64,000 bases of DNA, taken from NCBI RefSeq assembly GCF_009914755.1, contig NC_060926.1; one strand, given 5' to 3'. Under the pieces are notes generated by a model. The model ran no database searches, was not told where the DNA came from, and was given only the letters and a program-made list of their open reading frames with translations. Origin of the DNA: the human T2T-CHM13v2.0 reference genome, Homo sapiens. Below, one piece after another: positions 51,535 through 64,000 of this stretch. Each line of letters starts with the position of its first letter. Within the stretch, counting starts at the first letter, position 1. Both the position numbers and the translations under genes were made by a program.

Positions 51535-53924
51535 CAGACATAGCCTCCATTATATGAAAACGCCTAGTTTCTACCCAGAAGAAACTACCCTTGTTTGTCA
51601 TGGGGAGATGACATATGGGAAAGGAAGGGAGAAGAATGAGAGGATGTCAGAGGACACAAATAAAGAGAAGAAGCACCTGGCAGGATAGAGGGGGCTGCGT
51701 TGGTGCCAGGACCCTGTGGCAGAGTTTGCTCTCTCTGCCCGCTGTGCTGGGAAGTAGAAAGAGGCAGGATTTGTGAGGCTCTCTGAGCATCTTTAAAGGA
51801 GTATTACAATGCAAAGAATGAAGACTCTTCATTAGGTGGAGCTTAAGTGGCTCCTAATGCACAGGAATAATAGGAAGGAGTGGATTTGCTGCACTGCCTC
51901 AATTTGTGATTAGGTCTCAACTTTTAATAATCCAAAAGCCTCCACTGCAGCCTCTGGAGCTGCAAACCTTCTGCTGCCAATTGAGAGAACATTCTCCAAA
52001 ATGATTAAGTCTCAAGGCAATGTCAAATCCTCTGCTAGCAAAATGCTACAGAAATCACGATCTGCATCATGGGTCTCAGTCATCAGCATATCTGTAACAA
52101 ATCCAGGTTAGAGAGAGGCAAGGGACATCATCAATGTTACAGCCCTGGATCATCGTTTTCCTTGAAATGACCATAAGCCTAATAGGAAGGCTCGGCTAAG
52201 CAAGAGAAAACACATCTTTTCCTCTGATATAGTATATCTGAAATATTATAATTATACAACTTAAAGAAAGTCGTCGGTAATACTCACTGCCATATCCCAT
52301 CATTAGCTGGTGTGATATAAATGACATCGGGGGATATAAGAGGCCCACCAGGCAAATCATCTGTCCCCAGGCACCAATGGGACAGTGCTCCTTAATCACA
52401 CCTTCACATGTGCTTTGTCTACGATGGTTTAAGTGACTGGGGCTGTCGAGTTCTTGCCAGTTTTCCCCTGGGAAGAGCACTGGCAAGATTATACTCATAC
52501 TGGATTGGGTGTGACTTTCTTTTCCTTTCCACTGCAATTCTAACATTATTACCTGGCAATGCAAAGGTCTGAATTCCCAGTGGATGTTCTCTGCCTATTT
52601 GGACTACTTTTTTCCATTTCCATTCTTTCTCCCTGTTCTCTGCCCTTTCTGGCCAGGCCTCTAGGGAACTTCTATTTTTAGAGGCAAAATCAAAAGTGCC
52701 TCACTGCTGGAAATCACGGTGATTGTTCCACTTGCTTAGGAAGGTCAGTGCCCACATCTTAAATACTAATGCCCAAACAAAGACACGAGTCACATTTCTT
52801 AGGGATAGTTAAAGTAGCACAAAAGAGTGTTTAAATTCTCCTTCAAATTCTTCTGAGAGAAATGACATTTTCCAAAAGGCACAATTTATTACGAGTTGTC
52901 AGATGAAACTATGAAATGTAAACGCTGCCACAGAGGAACATTACACTGCAGCTTAAGGTTAATGCAGCTAACTTCTTATTTTGTTCAAGGGCAAAGAGAA
53001 GTTAATTCTAGGTCTTACCACTTTAACGATGTCCCTCTTAAGCCTTGTGGTTGACAAGCTTTATTGCCCATTTTCTTGACTGGAGAGTGTTTTTCTTTCT
53101 TTTTTTTTTTTTTTCACATTTTGATTGATGTGTCTGCTATTAATTGCCAGCTGGCCAAGTTTTCTGTGGGTCTGAGACACACTCACGTCCTTTTTTTGTG
53201 TCAAAGAGTTGTCTGGACTAATGCTAAGTCTAAGTATTTATTTTAATGTTGAAATAATAAAGAAGATTTAGCATGTGAGCTGTGGTGAGATACTCGTGTA
53301 TCTTAATGGCCTTCAGCAGTCATTTTCTTTCGAGAATCATTTTTTCTAAAATTAGCTCCCGTCACATATCCAAGAAAACATCCAGTCTGCAGCAAAGAGG
53401 AAGATACCTCCCTCAGCTGGAATTCTTTTATCTCTTAACACCCTTATTGGCACTTTTTACAAATGGGCCCTTCTCTTTTCTTTGCTTTTGGTAAATGTGA
53501 GAAAGTCTCCAGACTGCTAAAGGCAGAACACCAAAGAGGCACTCCCTTATTCATTATCCCTCTAGTTTCTGCCCATTCTTAAGCTAATGTCCAGAAGAAC
53601 AGAAAGAAAAAGGTCGGCCAGGTCAGCGGAGCCTGTGGTAGCGGGAGGACATCCCCCTCTCTAAGGAGTACAGTCCTGCGGGATTGCCAAGTCCTTGCCT
53701 CCTCAGAAGGGCAGCCCCCCTGCAGGCAGTGCCCCCTCCTTGTGATGGCGCTGTTTGACACCAGAATGCATGGAGCAATCCCACCTGCTAGGAAGGGCAC
53801 TGCTAGGGCTGGCCGACCCAGTGACCTCGCTTGGTTGAGGCATAAGTTTAAAACACTGGCGGCTGGGCTTCCGGATAATGTAAAATTCAGATGTTTGAGT
53901 AACCCACAATGGGGATGCCTGTAA

Positions 53925-54032
53925 GGTTCCCGAAGGTGGGGACTACATCTTATTCATTCTTGTATTCCCACCAACCAACATGGGCTGGCCTGTGGAAGGT
54001 TCCCAGTAAATACTCCTGCAATCAATGAATGT
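53925..54032 (+). mobile_element. L2 3' end fragment
   Basis: GGGACTACATCTTATTCATTCTTGTATTCCC...CAGTAAATA...TGAATG. Confidence 0.55.
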
Positions 54033-55704
54033 CTGAAATTAAGAAAATAAGTGGGGGGAATGTACTGCAATGGCATTGCCTGACCAGGGGCTGTTGGTTG
54101 GTTCAGGAGGGGAAGGGTTCCTCATTTACTGTGCTGCTCAGCCTGGCAGAGGTGTCTGGGTGGCTCCAGGCAAAATCATGGTTAGGCTGTTGTAGGGTTA
54201 GGCCTGAGTCATTAACAGCAGTCGTGGCAGGAGTCAGGGGGCTGGTGGGTGCACGAGCAGCGAAGGTATCCCAGGCTGCCACTGGCCAAATGCCTGTGCT
54301 GTGCTGGGCACTGTATCTAGCACCTCACTCACATTGTCTCGATTCCTCGTCTCAGTTTAATCTTGACAACAAATTCCTTAGTAAACATTATTTGTCTCCT
54401 TAGGCCTATGAAAGCTCCGAGTGGTTCCCTTCTGGTTTACTGTCCCAAAGCCCCTGTCTTTTTTTCACTAGAACACGAAGCCAGAAAAAATTGCTGGGGT
54501 CAACTCAAGCACCAGCCTTAAAATTTTAATAAGATTTATTTTTCCTTTTGGCCACAAAGTACTATGTCTAATTTCACTCCAGCTCCCTACATTTAGCAGA
54601 ACAAGTGATCCTCTGACATCCGTATCTTTGTTTGCTGGAGTAAATGATGTTCCCAGTTAGGCTTTACAATCCATACTTTCCCATGCCCCGCCTTCGTCAG
54701 AGATAGCTTAGTTTTTGGACAACTGCCAGGCGGATTTTGCCTAGGCAGAATGGGCTACCAATTTACTAACATTTCCAAAGAGACTACAGGTGTTAGGCCC
54801 ATGGTTGCAGGGGTTTTCTACCTCGGTAGGAAGGCAAAACAGTTCTGCCTTTGCTGTTGCATGGTCCCAGGACTGCTGAATAAATGACAAGCAATATGGA
54901 TTAAAGTAAGCCTGGAAGGCTTCAAGCAAGAGGAGGTCCAGAGCTGGACGTCGAAGGATGCACAGGTATGGAGGAGAATCAGTGATTTCAAGCCAGTGGA
55001 ATGCCTGGGCCCAGTGTGCCAGGGATGAGAATGTGTATGCTGGACAGACTCATGTGAGCTGGGGCTGGACAAGGGTGAGCTGCTCTTAGAAGATGATACC
55101 ATTATCTTTCTGGGTCAGGTCATTCCAGCAGTACAGGGTTTTTGCTCAAGAGACAGGGCAGATGGGAACTAGTTTAAAAGGCAAAGATTCACATATGTGA
55201 GCCACTCTGGGCATCTCCCAGTTGAGGAAGGGGGAGGTGGAAATGATTCCAGACGTCTATCAGTGATTGTGCAGAGACACAACACAAGCTGCCTACTAGT
55301 TAGGGTCTGCTGGCTTCCAGAAACAGCATTCATCTGCTTTGGACTCAGTGGCCTGTTTGTTTTACAATAATTAGCATTCAAATATTTATACTTCATACCA
55401 GAAATGTGCCAAGGCTCATGACTGGAGCTGTAAATTCGCTTCAGTCCTGATGGCTAATACTAAGAAGATGGAAGATGTATACCTGCCATTGGGACTTGAA
55501 AGGTTAGGTGAACTCCTAAAATGTGAAGTGGGCTTTGAGGTAAAAGCACAGGTGGCCAGCAGATGGCTTTTACAAGGAGGCTTCTGTACCAGCAGAGGCC
55601 ACATTTCTTTCAGCGGGTGTTACAGAGTGAGATAGATAATGCCACCTATTCTGAGGAGTAAAGGCCATGCACGGTTGACCAGAAAGCCCTGTTGGCACCT
55701 GCAT

Positions 55705-55825
55705 AATTTTGGATAAGCCTTAATTTCGGATAAGCCTCAGTTTCATCAAATGTGAGTTGTAAGATCATCACTGCTTTATGAGATGAATGAATAAAGTAAT
55801 GTGCTTAGCACTGTGCCTGGCCCAA
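55705..55825 (+). mobile_element. MIR
   Basis: GCCTCAGTTTCATCAAATGTGA...GTGCTTAGCACTGTGCCTGGC. Confidence 0.6.
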
Positions 55826-56019
55826 AAAGAGAGCACAATATTTTTCAGTCCAAGTTTTGAAATTCTGTAAAAGTGGAAAAGGTGGCATAACACACATGGA
55901 TTTCACTGTATATTAGTGTATTGTATTGTATGATATTAGCATATATTATACTAAATAATTTAATATCTATTACATACAGTAATTTAATTTATATGTTGCA
56001 TTATATGTATTATAATACA

Positions 56020-56357
56020 CCATATTGGTGCCATGTGTATAAACTTGATGGTTTACCAGGAGGCACCTCTCTTTAACTGACAATAAACTAACACGCCCCG
56101 GTTTAGATAAACACGAGTGTCTGACTCAAGCTAATAAGCACAGAATAAGGCCTGCCTAAATAGTTGTGACTGTCATTAGTGTACCCATCATTAGGTAACC
56201 TGAGTGTTTTTACTTGCAAAAATGTTATTTATGGCTTATTTTATTGTATAAAGTGGCTAATGAAGTATTCTCTCATGTTTTCATGTTTCATGTTTCTCAA
56301 ATCCTTTTTTAAAAATATAAATAAATATACTTTAAGGAATTTTTTATTATTTTTTCC
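56020..56357. mobile_element. Possible Ricksha (MULE-MuDR) fragment
   Basis: GTTGTGACTGTCATTAGTG...TTATTTTATTGTATAAAGTGGC...AAATATAAATAAATAT resembles my recollection of the Ricksha subterminal region. Confidence 0.4.
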
Positions 56358-57439
56358 AAAAAAAAAAAAAGACCTCTCTCTAGTGTCTCAGTCATAAAAA
56401 GTAACCCTGTCAGGGACTGAATACCTGACAAATGTCTTCTAATGGGTTCACTGTGTTAATGAGCTTATTATAATTTATGCTGCTATAATTCAGCAAATAT
56501 TTATTAAGTCTATCATAAGGTGGCATATATAGCATATGATACCTTGCCCCTGGAGAAGTGACTTCATTCTTGGGAAGTATTTAAATGCTTGAGTAACAAG
56601 CATGAACGAAAGGATACTATAGATTCAAATTCCAGAATCTCTCTTCAGTCCAGACCAGTGAGGCCTCTCACAAGAACCCAGGGAAGAAAGGGTGCTTAGG
56701 GGCACCCATTCAGAGGACTGCAAAGGCCCCACATGGCATTTGTTTCTCTCTTTGGAAATGGTGTTTTACGTGGTAAGAGCTACACTTAAAAAGATAAAGC
56801 AAAGCTAAATCTCTTAGCTCCATCTCTGTGGGTAAACTTCCTGTGTAACAGTTGAGAGAACAATAGAGGCTGCAAAACAAACATACAGAACTAGGCCATT
56901 TATGTAAAATGTTTAAACACATAATATAAATCACCTAGTAGCTACCTCTGAGGATGGAGGAAAGGGGTTTGGATGAGTGAGAGAGGGGATGCCTGCTTCA
57001 TTACTAAAGTATTCCTTCCTTATAAAGAAAAAATTGGAAGTAAATATGGCAAAATATTAATATGTGTTACATCTAGGTACATAAACTCTTATTATATTAG
57101 TTTTTCTATTTTACCACATATTTAAAGTATTTAATAATTTTAAACAATGAAAATTTATAAAAGTAAAGTTGTAATAAAAGTTGTAAAAAGTTCTAAAATA
57201 AGACAAATCATTTATATTTACATCTCTGTTTCCAAATCAATCCCCTTAAGTGACAATTCTTGCTGATCTGGTAACACAAAACATACATCTAACATTTTAC
57301 ACGGAACTCCAGATTTAGTTAAAGCTTTCTTCTGGTCTTGACATGACCAGTCAAGACAAGAATTACTGAATGCTATAATGCTTTATGAAAGCTTCACAGA
57401 GTGCTGAGCTTCCGGTGGAACAACGATTACAATCGTGAC

Positions 57440-57580
57440 TTTTACTATCCATGTAAACTTGGACAGGTTTCTTTACCTCTTTGCACCTTGGCTGCATCTT
57501 CTGTAAAATGAAGAGCATCCCAACCTCACAGAGTTGTCATAGAATAACATATTTTAAAAGAGAAAATGCAAATAAACTAT
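57440..57580 (+). mobile_element. MIR
   Basis: ACTTGGACAGGTTTCTTTACCTCT...CTGTAAAATG...CCTCACAGAGTTGT. Confidence 0.65.
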
Positions 57581-58029
57581 AACTCCCATAAACAATAGAT
57601 ACGTAAAAATCCCAGCTCTGCTGTGTGCCTGCAGGCTGAGCTAAGCACTCATGTATTCCATCTTGGCTCCTAACTGCCTAGGATAATGGCATCTCTCCTC
57701 TTTCCATGTTGAGGGACAACCCAAGGGTAACAACCCTGGCTTCTCACTCCACCTTTTAATCCTTCCCACAGAAAAGGAGTCCCCAGTCCACTGAGAGACA
57801 CGGATCATGGTGTGAGTCTCTGTAGACCCAAACTGTCCCTCAAATGGGTTTGTTCAAGATCTAGACTTGAGTGTGGAAGGGAAAAGGGAGGATTGGCTAC
57901 CCAAATTGTTGCTCATCTCCAGGACAAAAGCTTCACCTGGCTTTTTCACTAATACCCTTGAGATTTTACCCTCCTCTGTTTGACATTCGTGGCACCAACT
58001 ATGGTGTTGAGCAGTTACCATTTCAGTTT

Positions 58030-58170
58030 CCTTCACATCCTATGATTGAGGAGCTATGATCAAGCCCATTTTATGGATGAGAAAAATGAGTGACAGCAAG
58101 GTATTAATTACTTAAAAGCACTGCTTGTTACTGTGTGGTGAAGCTAGGACAGGACCTGGTATCTTTGAAG
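58030..58170 (-). mobile_element. MIR
   Basis: CCCATTTTATGGATGAGAAAAATGAG core. Confidence 0.55.
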
Positions 58171-58696
58171 GCAGTCAAAATAAGGACATTTGACAATGAC
58201 ATCTGCTCTCATCACCTCCCAGTGTTGTTGAAAATAACCAAGAAAAAATGCATTGGCAAGAACATTTTGAATTTAGATATTCTACCAATTTGTTCAATTT
58301 TCATGACATGAGGAACAGTCAATATTTAGATTTAATAATATGCCACAGGAATCTGGGTCAATTTTTGGTTTCATAAAATAAGTGTAAATGAAAAGATGAT
58401 CCTGGTATACACAAAAATCACCTTGGCAGATGCAGAGGTGCCAGTGAAAGTCATAGACAGGTAAGCATTTTTCTGGGCATGTGCAGATGGAAGCTGTTTG
58501 CTTTGCAAGGCTTTGTAAAGGCTGTGGTAGAGTAGTATCGACATTACTTAAGTTTTATTTTTGAGGATGGAATTTTAAGACCTTATTCAAAGAAAATGCC
58601 AAGTTGCTAATGACCTAACATCTTGCTTTTTATGATGGGATACATTATCCATAGAAGTGACTGGAAAAGCCAGCCATGAGGTGTTGATTTTAATAG

Positions 58697-59115
<419 letters not shown>

Positions 59116-60789
59116 TTAATACAAAATATGGCCCTTCAAAGAAATTTCTTAGTGTAGGGTTTTCAGCTCTGCCCTCTGATCATCTTGACCTGAGTGTTCT
59201 CTGTCCGTAGAGTGGCCTCTTTGGGCAGGTGTGAGCAGCACGGCCGAAGGAGGTTGTGGGGTGACACTCAAGAACAACGCCTCGCTGCTGACAAGAATAA
59301 CCTACACACAGGTCAGGTGTTTTCTCTCCAGTCTACTTGTCCAGTGCTCACTTTTCAATGCCAGTAAGAAAGATACTACTAGATTATGAGCAATTTCTGA
59401 ATATTACAAAATAATTTTTGAGGTTTCTACCTCTGAGGACTAGCTTGCTGTCATATCTTCTTCTTAACAATAAACTCCAGTCATGGCCAGTGAGTCACTG
59501 TTCCCTTGTGAACAGCAGCATAAAAGCTTTTTTGTATATGTGTGCATGTGTACACATGAGCACAGAACTGATCATGCACTACACATTCACCTACTTTACT
59601 CATTTTACTTTTTTATTCACTTTACTCATGTTTTTTACTCACTTTACTCATTTTGCAGACATTGGAGCACCTGCTCTGTATTGAAGTCTAGGTAAAAATG
59701 CTGAGCAAATCAAAAAGAACTTCTCCCGCACTCAGCTGACAGTAATGTGGCAAAGAGAGAAATTACACAAATTCTTCAGGATACTGTGTAGTTTTACTTG
59801 ACTTTTTTCCATTCCCTTTTACCCTACAACCTTCCTCCATTCACAGTGATAAACACAAGACTCCCCAGCCCTAAAGGATAATTGGGGCAAAGGAATCAGA
59901 GGGGAGTAATGTCAATTCTTGGCTTTTAAGTTCAAAAGCTGTGTTTCAAGGAGTGAAGAAGGAAGGTCAAAAAATGGAAAGAATACTTGCTAAGCCAGTT
60001 TCCTTTTGGCCAAGGGAAGATAAAAATTATCTCTGGGCTGATGGAAAACAAGAGTGGGAGTTGAAGTAGATGAGTTAGATACCAGCAAGTGTCTCCAAAG
60101 AGGATTCCCATATCCTGCCAACACCAAACCCTCTTGGGCTAGCACCAAGAGGAAGAGGACACTAGAGCCCTAGGTAAGTTTGGGGATTGAATGTAGAAGG
60201 GATCGTGATCCACTCTGCACCTCTGCATCTTAGATGTGAGGATCTTGCAGGAATTCCCCACCCCACTGGAAATGGAAGCACTGTGATGAATGTGTGAGCC
60301 AGAGTTGTCTGTGCTCAGAATGGCAAGGGAGGACAGCCAGATGGGCCCCAAAAAAGGAAAAATCTGCACAACTAAAGAAGAAGGTGTGCAGGCATGGGAG
60401 TGGGGGCAGGCAGCAGATGGCAGCACACGTTGTAATGCTTCACAAAGCAGGAGACCAGGCTGGCTGCCAATGCTGCGACAGTACAACATATGTGCAAGTG
60501 GATGCTAACTAAGGACTAGACAATCTTCCTGATGTCATGAGGCTGTCTATGCCCCCAGGAGTTAGAGGGAGAATAAAGAACCTATGTTTACAATGTCAAC
60601 TTTATTTAATCACCTAAAAGGGTTGGCTGAATTGACAGTAAAACTTCCCTGTTCTCAGTGGAATGGGGTCTCAAAATATAGCCTAAGTTGAACTTAGTTA
60701 AAGTTCCATTTTTTGAATACTTTTGGAAGTGGATGGAAAATACACATCTGCTACACATATGCATAGTTATAATTGTGCTGTGTTCTCTA

Positions 60790-61775
60790 TATACTGATGT
60801 TGATATCTATACCCTTGGTTTCTCCCCTGGACTGCAGATCCACATAATCAATAAACTATGTGATATTGCCACTTAAATGTGTTCTGAGAATCTCAAACTT
60901 AATGTCCAAACAAATATTTGTTATTCTTCTTTCCTTCCTTAGTCTTCCCCATCCCGTAAATAGCATGGCCAGTCACTCAGTTGCCCAGGTCTAAAACTCT
61001 GGTGTTTTTCTTGATTCCTTTTTCCACTTACAACCACATCCAATCCCAACCACCAGCAAACCCAGATAACCCTAACTCCAAAACACATCTAGACTCTGAC
61101 AACGCATTGCCTTCTGTACTGCCCCCATGTGGACCTAGTCGCCTCTCACCTGAACTATGAAGAACTTCTGAACTGGTTTCCCTGCTTCTATCCTGTCTTT
61201 CCTCTGTAGATGCTCCATGCAGCAGTCGGAGTGACACTTTTCAAATGGAACTTTAACATGGCCAATTCCTGTGCTCAACCCTCCATTATTCTTCCTTATA
61301 CTTCAAATTAAAAAAAAAAATTACCCTTTGCCGTGGCCTACAAGGCTGTGTTCCTGCTTGTCTCTCTGCTCTCCTCTTACCCATTGCTCCTTGCTCCCTC
61401 CTACCCGACCCCTTGCTGCCCCTGAGTCAGCTCACACAGCTCCTGGCCATTTGCTTGGGCCCTTCCCTCTGCCTGGGACAAGCCTGCTCTAGAACCCGGC
61501 TTGGCTTCCTCCTAGTTTTGTTGAAGTCTTAGCTCAAATGCCACCTATTTAGTAAGGGTTTCCCTCCAGCATGTTTGCATCCCTTTCTCTCTACCTCTCT
61601 TGGACATCTTTGTTTGGATTTTTGGTACTGATGCCACTGGATATGCTTATTTGTTTACTGCCTTTCTTCTCTAGTGAGCTCTAAGCTCCTGCAGGGTGAT
61701 CTGTCTTTCTGGCTGACCATGCATCCTCAGAGCCTGGAACAGTGCCTGGCATACAGTAAGTACTCAGTCAGTCCA
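60790..61775 (+). mobile_element. L2 3' region (~1 kb)
   Basis: ATCTCAAACTTAATGTCCAAAC...GAACTGGTTTCCCTGCTTC...GCCTGGAACAGTGCCTGGCATACAGTAAGTACTCAG. Confidence 0.75.
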
Positions 61776-62861
61776 GGAAGGAGATTGAGGAGGAAATGCT
61801 TAAGGTGCTGTGGTGAGACAAAAGACTTAGGGCATAATTTCAATGGGGGAGCCTGGGAAGGTCTTTTGCAGGCAGAAAAATTTAAGCAGGGAACAAATGG
61901 CTAGTGAGGGGTTAGGTACTTGGGGATGGAGTACATCTCACATGGAGGAAACAAGAGCTGCAAAGGGTAGGGCAGCTGAGAGCTGTACACCACGTACTGC
62001 AACACGGGCAGGTACATGGCTGTATCACAGGTCCTCTTTATAAAGATCAAACCACTTGTTACTGACTCCATAAACACTCCATATCCATTGTGATATGGAA
62101 AGAAGCTTCTATGAAATAGACTAACAACTTTTGAAATATAATTTTAATGTTTTTATCACGTCTAATTACATGAATAAGGTGCAATGGGCTTCAGCATCCC
62201 CATCCCAGATCACTAAAGGCCTTCCCTCACAAATGGTTTTGGCTAAAACTCAACCATATACAATGGATATGGAAACTTAGAAGTATGTCTGAAAGTTTAT
62301 TTTGTGTTGCATGGAACTAGAAAAAGAGAAAAGTGAAAACAGTAACATAGTTATACCCTCCCTGCTTTGATTGACTGCACAAAACTTTTGCTGGCTTCAG
62401 CAGTTTTACAGTCTAACACACTTAGGAGGCACCCCCGCCAAATGCCGGAAACCTGAATCTGCTCTTGAAATGTCAGTGATAAAAATTAAAAGAAGAGTAG
62501 AAGAGTGAGACCCTAATTGTGGCTAAATCATCAGACTATGAACATAAAACTAACTAGGATGACACAGGAAAATAGCACAGCAAAGGGGAAAAAAAACACC
62601 ATCTAAAAATTGTGTGTCTCTGAGATGACACCAAGAATCACAAAGCCTGAGGAATTCTGCTTTAATATCCATATTAAACAAGTAATCTGTTTATCTTCTC
62701 ATCTCAGCCCATCCTGGCCCTTTTTCCTTACTGCCCTAACCTCTCTTTGACCTATAGAAATCTCTTTCTCCCAATTTGTGAATAAGTCATGGCATATAAA
62801 CTGCCAACCTATCCCTTGATGAGAATACCCATTTTTATATTTAATTGTGTGTCTGTGTGTG

Positions 62862-62975
62862 TGGATTAGACATTTATTATATATCCAGGCACTGTGCTAG
62901 ATGGTGGGGATTAAAAAGACAATACAACATGTTCTTATCTTCCATGATCCTATAATTTAGTGGAAATAACTGGTG
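62862..62975 (-). mobile_element. L2 3' end fragment
   Basis: CATTTATT...CCAGGCACTGTGCTAGATGGTGGGGAT. Confidence 0.55.
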
Positions 62976-63045
62976 AAGTCTTCATTGTGCCTGTGTCAGC
63001 CAAGAATATTTCATTACTAAATAAAATAGATGTTCATTTATTCTT

Positions 63046-63352
63046 TCTTTTTTTTCTTTTTTTCTTTTTTTTTTTGAGACAGGGTCTCACTCTGTCACCC
63101 AGGCTGGAGTGCAGTGGCCGTGATCTCGGCTAACTTCAACCTGTGTCTCCCAGGTTCAAGCGATTCTCCCACCTCAGCCTCCCGAATAGCCGGGATTCCA
63201 GGTGTCCGCCACCAAGCCTGGCTAATTTTTGTATTTTTTGATGGAGATGGGGTTTTACCGTGTTGGCCAGGCTGGTCTTGAACTCCTGACCTCAAGTGAT
63301 CTGCCCGCCCTTGGCCTCCCAAAGCACTGGGATTACAGGCATGAGCCACCAA
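63046..63352 (-). mobile_element. AluSx-like element
   Basis: Poly-T then full reverse dimer to GGCATGAGCCACC; short TSD CATT(T/C)ATTCTT. Confidence 0.92.
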
Positions 63353-64000
63353 TCCATTCATTCTTACTGGCATCCAACCTCATTCATTCTTATTTCATAC
63401 TCTTATGTAAATATACAAATGGAATTACAATAAGGGTATCTGCAACTAATTTCCACGCTGATTAAATGACAGTTTTGTATCACAAAAGAAAGCACTAATC
63501 AATCATTTATTCACTCAACAAACATCTCTTGAAGCCACACAGTCAGACATGAAATTACGAGTGATCATTCCGTATATGATATGCAGCTTAAATGAAATGC
63601 TAATGCTGCTGCACCAGAGTCGTGAAGCAGTACCAATCTTTATGTTGCCTCTCACTCCAGTGTGCTTTTGCTCATTTTATTTCTGCTCTTGGCAAGATTT
63701 AAATAAAGGCTTTTTTTCTTTGCTCTACAAATGTTTGCAGCAGCTATATTACACTGACTTAACACAGCATTAACTACAGTACAAATACATACTCCCTAGA
63801 TTGCTTTTCGAGAAAGGAAAATGTTTATGATCTCTATCAAACAAACCCTGAATTCATCAGTCTGAAATTTATTTAAAGTGTCAGATGAATTTGACAAAAA
63901 TCTATACCTAGAATTCATTTCTGAACAGCGTAGGCTTATTACTTTGATTTCGAAGAAAAAAAATACCCTAAAAATGTTCTGGCTCTCTCAGAATGTAAAG

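Noticed and set aside
59586-59652. Degenerate CACTTTACTCATTTT repeats
   Set aside because: Low-complexity decay at an L2-like tail; not a CRISPR-like or otherwise structured array.

Overview
Primate genomic DNA, almost certainly human, carrying the complete coding region of ST6GAL2 (beta-galactoside alpha-2,6-sialyltransferase 2) on the minus strand. Five coding exons (45415-44473, 35584-35487, 34104-34003, 31678-31504, 8376-8105) join through canonical GT-AG introns into 943+98+102+175+272 = 1590 nt, i.e. 529 aa plus stop, with an N-terminal TM anchor and sialylmotifs L, S, III and VS. A ~5.1 kb 3' UTR runs to an AATAAA at 3049-3054. The promoter and non-coding first exon(s) are not recognisable and probably lie beyond position 64000. 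The rest is intronic/3' flank DNA dense in Alu, L1, L2, MIR, LTR and DNA-transposon fossils; subfamily names come from recalled consensus sequences and need RepeatMasker/Dfam confirmation. I found no convincing new biological system. The strongest observations: an alternative last exon completed by a truncated AluY, giving a 466-aa isoform without sialylmotifs III/VS; two different ERV1 solo LTRs sharing one CAGA target site; a 6 kb L1 cut off exactly at a half MADE1; a polybasic furin-type site in the luminal stem; and a speculative translatable exon-2 circRNA.
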